From contig NW_021830301.1 of assembly GCF_006345805.1 (NCBI RefSeq), positions 1 to 5,001 of the forward strand: 5,001 bases of DNA. The letters are read 5' to 3'. Under the pieces are notes generated by a model. That model saw only the letters and a list, made by a program, of their open reading frames with translations. It ran no database searches and was not told the DNA's origin. The stretch is from Octopus sinensis. Taxonomy: Eukaryota. Position 1 is the first letter of the stretch, and each line of letters opens with the position of its first letter. A program made the position numbers and the translations under genes. Of this stretch, positions 1 through 5,001 are shown piece by piece.

Positions 1-151
1 TATACAGATGCTAAAACACATGTACGAGCATATAGATATATTTATATATGTAGGCAAATATATTTACATTGAGTATAAAAATACTGAATACTTAGAAGAG
101 AATGCAGTTTTGTAACTCCACAGCTGTTTCTGGAAGCTCATAATAAATATA

Positions 152-389
152 ATGTATGTATGTATGTGTCCTTATCTTGGCATCATGGTTGTTAACAAGT
201 TGGTTGTGAATGAGCATCACCATCATAACAAGAGGTACTATTCATTTCCATTCTTCCATGACGAACATGTCTGGCCATGGGAAAACATTTGCTTGCTTAG
301 AAACAGGTAAGGGCTGGTGACAGGAAAAGCACCCAGCTGTATAAATTCTGACCCATGCAAGCATGGAAAATTGAATGTTAAATGATGTT
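152..389 (+). mobile_element. 3' half of a SINE-like element: (TATG)n linker followed by a tail ending in a GAT-repeat remnant
   Basis: Seen: AAACAGGTAAGGG (301-313) and TCTGACCCATGCAAGCATGGAAAA (347-370) recur inverted at 607-619 and 527-550; the segment ends in AAATGATG. From recollection it matches a common octopus repeat tail (..GGAAACAGGTGAGGGTTGGCGACAGG..ACCCATGCAAGCATGGAAAA..GATGATG). Boundaries are approximate. Confidence 0.7.
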
Positions 390-499
390 AGTGTTTTCTT
401 ATATGTTATCCCTGCAAGGAACTTCATAGAAAAAGGTTTTACATTTTATTAATGGTGTTTCATCTTCACAGATATACTTCAGTGAAACATACACACAAC

Positions 500-835
500 C
501 ATTCAGTCATATATTTTACATCTGTTTTTTCCATGCTCGCATGGGTTAGATGAATACATATTACTGGTGCTTTGTTTTACAAGCAGATGCCTTTCCCATA
601 ATTTAACCCTTACCTGTTTTCCACCTGAGAGATGTTTCATTCTACTCACCTTAGAAAATACAGAGCTGCCTTAGAATTTGTTGGTAAGAAATGTCAGCAA
701 AAATTGCCACCCATAGCACAGCAATTTTCATACAAAATGCTGAATGTAAGCACCCACATACATATGCACACATACAGGTAACTGGCTTCATACAGTCTTC
801 GTCTACCATTTTCAATTGCAGGAGGGCACTGGTCG
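500..835 (-). mobile_element. Diverged SINE copy (tail, microsatellite linker, central core; head missing)
   Basis: Seen: 527-550 is the reverse complement of 347-370 (22/24) and 607-619 is the exact reverse complement of 301-313. The core at 787-810 matches 1000-1023 (20/24). The middle (620-750) is poorly resolved. Confidence 0.6.
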
Positions 836-837
836 TC

Positions 838-1377
838 ACCATTATCATTACATGCATCTTTCCATGCTGGTGCAGGTTAATTCGTTTGTTAGTTCTCTCT
901 CTGCCATGAGAGGTACTAACATTGGTGCTTTTTAAGTGGCACCAACACTGGTGCTTTTTACATGGCACTAGTGCATATATATTTTTATGAAGACTGACAT
1001 TCATACAGTTTCTGTCTACCAATTCCATTCAATAGGTATTGGTTGGCTTAACCCTTTTGTTACCATATTTCTGTTGAGATGCTCTGTGTTTCTTTCAATT
1101 AATTTTAAATATAACAAAGAATTACTAAAACAATTTAGTTTATCATTAAGCTAGTGCTAGGAACATAAATTGTGACTAAGGTTTGGTAGATTTTAATTCA
1201 GAAATTTTGAAAACAAGAATTTGTACAACAGAACCAGAGGCAGTTTCAGGCAGGTTGGTATCAAAAGGGTTAAGGCAACAGATGAAGACAAGTTGCCACA
1301 GGTGTGACACAGTGGGACTGAACCCATGATGGTATGGTTGCAAAATGAGGTTTGTGACTACACAGCTATGCCTGTGC
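838..1377 (-). mobile_element. tRNA-derived SINE with intact Pol III head, interrupted by a MITE at 1048-1273
   Basis: Seen on the minus strand: A-box-like TAGCTGTGTAGT (1368-1357) and B-box GGTTCAGTCCC (1324-1314), 32 nt apart. Core at 1000-1047, tail motif TTTCCATGCT at 859-868 and a CAT-repeat remnant at 840-850. The head matches, from recollection, an abundant octopus SINE (GGCTGTGTGGT..GGGTTCAGTCCCACTG..). Confidence 0.75.
1052..1269. mobile_element. Non-autonomous piggyBac-type MITE (218 bp) with TTAA target-site duplication
   Basis: Seen: TTAA (1048-1051), then CCCTTTTGTTACCA (1052-1065) ... TGGTATCAAAAGGG (1256-1269), then TTAA (1270-1273). TIRs match 13/14 and the AT-rich interior has no ORF. 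Established: a TTAA TSD with CCC..GGG termini is the piggyBac superfamily signature. Confidence 0.9.
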
Positions 1378-1380
1378 TAT

Positions 1381-1590
1381 CTTTTTATCTTTTACTGAAA
1401 TGACTGAAACAAAGTCACTGGGTTTTGGCCATGCTGGGGCACCACTTTGAAGGATTTTTGTCAAATGAGCCATTCCCAGTCATTATTTTATTTAAGCTTG
1501 GTACTTCTATCGGTCTTTCGCTGAACTGCTAAGGTACAGGGATGATAACAAACCAATACCAATTGTCAAGCGGTGATGGAGAGCAAAGAC
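1381..1590 (-). mobile_element. 3' tail of another SINE copy (alternative tail type)
   Basis: GGCCATGCTGGGGCACC, CTATCGGTCTTTCGCTGAACTGCTAAG and TTGTCAAGCG match in order, from recollection, the reverse-complemented tail of a common octopus SINE. There is no second copy in the window to confirm it. A core remnant ATATGACAGGCTT lies at 1829-1841. Confidence 0.6.
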
Positions 1591-1748
1591 AATTCCTGGC
1601 AATGCATTGCGTACTTCAGTAAGACAGTTTCAGGTTGCTCCAGTTCACTCAACTGGCAAAAATGAATCATACCTGTATTTCAAAGGGCCAGCCTTGTCAC
1701 ACTTAATCTCCCTGGGAACTACATTAAGGGTACACGTGTTTGTGGAAT
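1590..1748 (+). mobile_element. 5'-truncated SINE of a second family
   Basis: Seen: CATTGCGTACTTCAGTAAGACA..TTGCTCCAGTTCACTCA (1605-1651) aligns with CATTGTGTTCTTGAACAAAACA..TTGCTCCTGTCCACTCA (4044-4094). CAATTCC (1590-1596) looks like a B-box remnant. The 3' part (..AAAGGGCCAGCCTTGTCACAC..TTAAGGGTACACGTG) matches a recalled octopus repeat. Confidence 0.65.
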
Positions 1749-1777
1749 GTATGTGTGTGTATATATATATATATTTA

Positions 1778-1818
<41 letters not shown>

Positions 1819-1920
1819 TTATACATATATATGACAGGCTTATATAATGTACTTACATGTATTAATATAGTGTGTGTGTGTGTTTATATGCATATTTATA
1901 TGCATGTATATGTATACATT
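1749..1920. repeat. Compound (TG)n/(TA)n microsatellite region
   Basis: Directly visible dinucleotide runs at 1749-1832 and 1869-1920. Confidence 0.9.
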
Positions 1921-2200
1921 TATTGTTTATAGACTTTGTAATGATGTTGTAACTGGTCTCAAGAAACTATTGCTTTTCTTTATCATGTGTTTTTTTTGTT
2001 GTTTTTTGTGGGAGGGGGGAGGGTGCGAAATAAAGAAAGAAAAGGAGGGGTAAAAAAGCAAGAATGTTCAAGAAACATCTGATGTAGATAACGAGAATAG
2101 AGTTCGCATGACAGATGGTGCCTGTGGAGGGGGAGGTGGCGGTATAGTTTTTCGAAAGGAATCCATTGTACTTTAGCTTGTTGAAGTTCTAGAAACTTAT

Positions 2201-2256
2201 TACACACACACACATACCTATATATGTAGTATTATATATATATATATTATATATAT

Positions 2257-2294
<38 letters not shown>

Positions 2295-2321
2295 CATATA
2301 CCACACACCACACACACACAC

Positions 2322-2402
<81 letters not shown>

Positions 2403-2403
2403 T
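2201..2403. repeat. Compound (CA)n-(TA)n-(CA/CCACA)n-(TA)n microsatellite
   Basis: Directly visible; the TA runs are interrupted by single extra T or A bases. Confidence 0.95.
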
Positions 2404-2684
2404 GTTATATTTACACCAGTTGTAGTTGTTGTTTGCCACAATTAATATTAATGTCATTGCTGCCTTGTAGTGTCCTCTCTGAGGCACTGAACCAGTTCAT
2501 AGCATTGAGAGTAAAAGTTAAGAGCTTGTGGTGTGTGTGTACATACATATGCTCGTGTATGTATTCACATATATCTTGTGTGTATCATGTCTTAGGTTTT
2601 GTTTTTTTTTTAATATAAAACCTATTGAAATGCTGTTGTGTGTGTGTGTGCATTTTGAAATGTCATTCATCAATAACTACAATA

Positions 2685-2700
2685 GTATATACGCACACAT

Positions 2701-2749
<49 letters not shown>

Positions 2750-2853
2750 TATATATATGTACATATATATATATGTACATATATATATATATGTACATAT
2801 ATATATATACATATATATATATATATGTACATATATATATATATATGTACATA
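2685..2853. repeat. (TA)n microsatellite punctuated by GTAC; uninterrupted purine-pyrimidine alternation over 169 nt
   Basis: Seen: GTAC at 2745, 2759, 2775, 2793, 2827 and 2847, plus an ATAC variant ending at 2810. RY alternation is unbroken from 2685 to 2853. Confidence 0.95.
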
Positions 2854-3274
2854 AATACACCTACTTTCACACACGTTGAATTCATGCATGTATGTGTATG
2901 CATTACTGTGCATATATATTTGTGTGTTGTAAATATATTGCCTTAATATATTGTCTGCAAAGGTGACCAATCTTTTCCTTATTGTATCATCACAAATCAT
3001 CTGTCTCAGCCGATGAGGAAAATATCTCAGTATTTGCACATACACACCCATTTCTCCACACACCTTCTTGTTAATAAATGTCATTCTGCTAACTCTCAGA
3101 GTTGAACTTCGGAACATTCCAGCCAACCACAAAGCGAGGAACCTTAGCCATACCAAAGATGAATTGAAATTCCATAGGAACAAATCTGTGCTGAAAGAAA
3201 CAATTGGTCTTTTATTTTACAAACTCGCAGATATGCCAGTAATGTAAAATTACCATTTTGGTGTTTAGGATTTA

Positions 3275-3373
3275 CCATTCTGTTACCATTCTTATCGTTT
3301 CAACAGAAATCTGTTGAAATACACAGTTCTTGTTTCTATAAATTTTGAAAATAATGAAGGATCTAGCAAAATA
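3275..3373. mobile_element. Left-end fragment of a MITE related to 1052-1269
   Basis: Seen: CCATTCTGTTACCA (3275-3288) matches the left TIR at 12/14. It is followed by TCTGTTGAAAT..AATTTTGAAAATAATGAAGGATCTAGCAAAATA, which aligns with TCTGTTGAGAT..AATTTTAAATATAACAAAGAATTACTAAAACA. No right TIR is present. Confidence 0.65.
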
Positions 3374-3481
3374 CATTATTTCAATGTGTCCTTCACTTCT
3401 TAAGATGATAGAATGTGGTTTCAAAGAGATTTGGCAACTGTTTTTAACTGGCTGAGTAACCATGTGGAGGTCTCCTCGTTA
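3374..3481. repeat. Fragment of another interspersed repeat (family not assigned)
   Basis: From recollection only, AATGTGTCCTT..TTAAGATGATAGAATGTGGTTTCAAAGAGATTTGGC..GTGGAGGTCTCCTCGTT resembles a common octopus repeat. There is no internal confirmation in this window. Confidence 0.45.
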
Positions 3482-3531
3482 ACTTGTGATGAGGATAAAG
3501 ATGGTGGTGGCATTGGTTTCAGAGTCATTGG

Positions 3532-3670
3532 CCCATTAGCATTCAAGTTACTCTGCCAAATATAATGCTTATTTATTCACATTATTCACATTGCTTCATA
3601 GCTTACTTTTAGAATGGCATTGTAGGGTAGGAGTAAGAGGCTGGATGTGGCCAGTTTAAATGCTAGAGTT
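3532..3670. mobile_element. Degenerate MITE of a second, probably TTAA-type, family
   Basis: Seen: inverted TAGCATT (3537-3543) / AATGCTA (3659-3665) with eroded outer termini (CCCAT.. / ..GAGTTA) and no intact TTAA. The interior resembles a recalled octopus MITE (TTAACCCTTTAGCATT..AATGCTAAAGGGTTAA). Confidence 0.55.
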
Positions 3671-3680
3671 ATAGTTGAGA

Positions 3681-3795
3681 TATTATCTCCAGACAAATAC
3701 CACATTTAATTTGACTTTCTGTGATGTGTTTACATTAATTATGATCCACAGATTGCTTTTTTAATCTAATGCTGCTTCTGTTGCATGTAATGAAT
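3681..3795 (+). repeat. Local direct duplication, copy 1
   Basis: Manual alignment to 4256-4376: 50/64 in the first block, a CACAGATT block, and 25/29 in the last block, with two small indels. Confidence 0.9.
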
Positions 3796-3994
3796 TTTTA
3801 TTCAGCCAGATAGCTAATTGTGACATCAGTGATTTTTCAGTCCCTGTTTTCCTATAACAGCAGTGATAGATTTTGTCTTGGCATGCATTTTCTTGCAGGT
3901 AATGTGCATCTAGCATTCTTACTACCACTGCTGAATGGTTTTTATCTGCTACTGATCTATATTTGTGTATTTAAACACAGTATGTCCATAAGGT

Positions 3995-4245
3995 GAAGGC
4001 ACAGAATTGTGAAATCGTGGGTTCAATTTCCAGACCGGCAGCACATTGTGTTCTTGAACAAAACACTTCATTCTACATTGCTCCTGTCCACTCATCTACA
4101 AATAAGTAACTTTGCAATGGACTAGTCTTCCAATCAGGAGAAATATTGGCCTGCTCGCCTAGCCAACTAAAATGATGCAAAGTACATTATAACCAGCAAT
4201 GTATAACAACATCCAATAGTTAGATCGATCAAGATCGCATGATGT
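3995..4245 (+). mobile_element. tRNA-derived SINE (second family), diverged
   Basis: Seen: B-box GGTTCAATTTCC (4020-4031), then a TGTGTTCTTGAACAAAACACTT..TTGCTCCTGTCCACTCA block shared with 1605-1651. The 3' part (GGCCTGCTCGCCTAGCCA..ACCAGCAATGTATAACAACATC) matches a recalled octopus repeat. No clear A-box; boundaries are approximate. Confidence 0.7.
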
Positions 4246-4255
4246 CCATGAGGAC

Positions 4256-4376
4256 TATTATCTCTGGATTAATATCACAGTTAATTTGGCTTTCTGTGAT
4301 CCATTTGCTCTAAGTATGACACAGATTACTATTTTCATTTTTTCATATAATACTGCTTCTGTTGCACATAACGAAT
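4256..4376 (+). repeat. Local direct duplication, copy 2
   Basis: About 80% identical to 3681-3795, offset by 575 nt. Confidence 0.9.
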
Positions 4377-4408
4377 ATCTATGTAAGTCTGTGTATACAT
4401 GTATGTGA
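4256..4408 (+). pseudogene. Possible decayed class A GPCR fragment (TM2-ECL1-start of TM3)
   Basis: The open frame 4220-4408 encodes YYLWINITVNLAFCDPFALSMTQITIFIFSYNTASVAHNEYLCKSVY. It has an NLAxxD motif and a Cys 28 residues after the Asp. This is motif-level evidence only. Confidence 0.25.
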
Positions 4409-4420
4409 TAGAGTATACAG

Positions 4421-4528
4421 ACAGCTAGATAAATGGATGGATAGATAGATAGATACAGAGATAGAGAGATGGTTGGTTAGATAGATAGTTAGATGGTTGG
4501 ATGGACGGATAGACAGACAGATAGATGG
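4421..4528. repeat. Compound tetranucleotide repeat (GATA/GGAT/GGTT/GACA)
   Basis: Directly visible. Confidence 0.9.
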
Positions 4529-4603
4529 ACATGTAATATTTGTGCAATGCAATTACGCAGTAGCACTCTACATTATAAGCAAATAGTATATTTTTTTCAA
4601 AGC

Positions 4604-4617
4604 AAAAAAAAAAAAAA
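4604..4617. repeat. A14 homopolymer
   Basis: Directly visible, next to a T-run at 4591-4597. Confidence 0.9.
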
Positions 4618-4800
4618 TAAGACATTATGTATGTGTGAGTCTATAATGTCTCACTTTTCAAATTTACATCTGTATCTACTCCAGGGACCCTTTTTGGGTT
4701 GAACTCTTAGCAAATGTTTGCATTTTTCATTTTTGTAATCTATCGGTGATACACATAACGACAAAAATAAAATGACTAGAGAAATGGAAAGCGAGATAAA

Positions 4801-4936
4801 TTGTGTGTGTATGTAAGCATATACATATCTATCTATATATATACACACACATATATATACATATGTATATATGTATGCATACACACACAATATATATATA
4901 CATATTTATATATGTATGCATACACACACAAAATAG

Positions 4937-4972
<36 letters not shown>

Positions 4973-5001
4973 GTATATGTATATATGCCATATATGTATA
5001 T
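4801..5001. repeat. Compound TA/CA/TG microsatellite running off the window end
   Basis: Directly visible; includes an exact 25-nt repeat at 4866-4890 and 4907-4931. Confidence 0.95.

Noticed and set aside
603-610. TTAACCCT as another piggyBac terminus
   Set aside because: It overlaps the SINE-tail 13-mer (607-619), does not continue as the TIR, and has no partner end.
242-1028. ORFs 242-427, 651-1028 and 691-909 (also 1607-1834)
   Set aside because: They lie within SINE-like repeats, are short, and have no recognisable motifs.
1310-1377. tRNA gene suggested by A/B boxes (also 4000-4035)
   Set aside because: I could not fold a cloverleaf or find an acceptor stem, and the boxes run straight into repeat bodies, so these are SINE heads.
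2010-2050. Canonical G-quadruplex
   Set aside because: Four G3 tracts require either a zero-length loop or a ~23-nt loop; too weak to call.
2745-2850. Regularly spaced GTAC units as a CRISPR-like array
   Set aside because: The spacers are pure (AT)n, the repeats are far too short, the context is eukaryotic, and there are no cas genes.
2247-2946. Multiple overlapping YI/IY-rich ORFs on both strands (also 1747-1932, 4425-4702 and 4651-4890)
   Set aside because: They are translations of TA/CA/GATA microsatellites, which are stop-poor in several frames; they carry no coding signal.
2677-3183. 168-aa minus-strand ORF as a single-exon gene
   Set aside because: The C-terminal half is microsatellite, it does not begin at a canonical ATG (TTG at 3183-3181), and I recognise no family. 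Only 3064-3185 is retained, as a weak exon candidate.
4604-4617. A14 as the poly(A) tail of a processed retrocopy
   Set aside because: There is no upstream AATAAA, no TSD and no recognisable retrocopy body.
4685-4701. KKGPWS on the minus strand as a Myb repeat
   Set aside because: The following EED-like residues and regularly spaced tryptophans of Myb repeats are missing.

Overview
AT-rich eukaryotic, essentially non-coding DNA (intronic or intergenic), densely packed with TA/CA/TG/GATA microsatellites and short interspersed elements. The repeats resemble, from my recollection and not from a database search, the abundant tRNA-derived SINEs and TTAA-flanked MITEs of Octopus, so a coleoid cephalopod origin is likely. 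No protein-coding gene, RNA gene or CRISPR array can be called with confidence; most listed ORFs are microsatellite or SINE read-through. Best-supported structures: (i) a 218-bp piggyBac-type MITE (1052-1269) with TTAA duplications and 13/14 TIRs, inserted in a minus-strand SINE; (ii) a nested SINE cluster at about 150-1840 that includes an inverted pair; (iii) a local ~120-bp direct duplication (3681-3795 / 4256-4376, ~80% identity). One frame of that duplication reads like a class A GPCR TM2-to-TM3 fragment (NLAFCD...EYLCK), which is speculative. I found no evidence for a new multi-gene biological system; the leads concern repeat evolution, possible dsRNA formation and a possible decayed GPCR.
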